DNA from: a virus
Length of the DNA: 6,569 bases
Reading direction: 5' to 3' (one strand)
UHGV virus genome: UHGV-1297543
Part shown: positions 6,240 to 6,569 of the stretch, in pieces
Position numbering within the stretch: position 1 is the first letter of the stretch
Layout: every line of letters starts with the position of its first letter
Program-made: the position numbers and the translations under genes
The notes under the pieces: generated by a model
What the model was told of the DNA's origin: nothing
Seen by the model: only the letters and a program-made list of their open reading frames with translations
Database searches by the model: none

Positions 6240-6304
6240 TGTAACACATTTTCGCCTGCAGGTGATTCCAGGCCAGGCCGGAGCCAGCTGTGTCGTGTGT
6301 TACA
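6240..6304. repeat. Palindrome-flanked ~65-bp element, copy 2 (inverted relative to copy 1)
   Basis: TGTAACACAT (6240-6249), a 46-bp GC-rich core (cctgcagg...ccaggccaggccggagccag), then TGTGTTACA (6296-6304). The core aligns to the reverse complement of the copy-1 core at roughly 75% identity. The A-tract next to one arm is also conserved. It ends 23 nt before ATG 6328. Confidence 0.7.
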
Positions 6305-6327
6305 GATATGGTAAAGGAGGGTGTTAT

Positions 6328-6558
6328 ATGCAGGTGGATTTTAATAAGACTGAACTGCTCTATCTGGACATATTGGCAACGGAAAAATTGGATATTATAA
6401 AACACCGTCATGAACGGGATAAAAGAATCTTTGACACTTTGGATATTGATATTCATGAGCGTATTGTTTTATATGAATCCCAGATTAAGGCATTCACTGA
6501 TATACATAACAAGATAGTTTCTGCGGTTGGTTCCTTGAGTTTGGACCCTACTGTTTAG
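6328..6558 (+). CDS. Hypothetical small helical protein
   Basis: 76 aa starting at ATG 6328, with an AAAGGAGGG RBS. The ORF-track start at 6262 lies inside the repeat element. Charged, probably helical; no motif recognised. Confidence 0.5.
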   Translation: MQVDFNKTELLYLDILATEKLDIIKHRHERDKRIFDTLDIDIHERIVLYESQIKAFTDIHNKIVSAVGSLSLDPTV

Positions 6559-6569
6559 TGCTTACTGAT

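Noticed and set aside
5387-6456. Minus-strand ORFs 5387..5929, 5963..6247 and 6061..6456, plus + strand 5805..6071.
   Set aside because: They are antisense to or out of frame with ORF5336 and ORF6328. The 180-aa one is an Ile/Arg-rich translation of the antisense acidic tract. No RBS is present.
1-6569. Alternative classification as Microviridae (suggested by the phiX-A-like Rep motifs).
   Set aside because: There is no large jelly-roll capsid ORF. The presence of Zot/pI, a gVIII-type small coat protein and pIII/pVI-like genes fits Inoviridae instead.

Overview
This 6.6-kb window reads as a compact filamentous ssDNA phage (inovirus-like) genome or prophage, not ordinary chromosome. Almost all genes sit on the + strand, tightly packed or overlapping (ATGA and TTG/TGA junctions), and nearly every start has a GGAGG-type Shine-Dalgarno. 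The SD usage and roughly 40% GC suggest a low-GC host. In order, the window contains: a 470-aa signal-peptide protein with a C-terminal anchor (pIII-like adsorption/minor coat candidate); a 90-aa hydrophobic protein (pVI-like); a GC-rich hairpin; a rolling-circle Rep with the three superfamily-I motifs (FVTFTF, YHFHGLF, YITKYITKD, phiX174-gpA-like); a 112-aa charged helical ORF; a minus-strand module of a ribbon-helix-helix repressor followed by a 26-aa hydrophobic peptide with a strong RBS; a divergent promoter region holding two perfect GTGACGTCAC palindromes; a small gV-like ssDNA-binding candidate (CYVD motif); a textbook major coat protein precursor (signal peptide, acidic N-terminus, TM, basic C-terminus); a rho-independent terminator directly after the coat gene, as in Ff phages; a Zot/pI-like P-loop assembly NTPase (GMQGAGKT, LIDEIH); a translationally coupled 43-aa TM ORF; a 270-aa secreted and anchored protein with a poly-acidic tract; and a 76-aa ORF. 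No tRNA, rRNA, CRISPR, transposase or integrase is visible. The most unusual non-coding signal is a pair of ~65-bp elements (TGTAACACAT, ~45-bp GC-rich core, ATGTGTTACA) at 2696-2760 and 6240-6304. They are inverted copies of each other, and each ends exactly 23 nt before the ATG of a small downstream ORF. Calls rest on motifs and architecture read by eye. No database searches were run.
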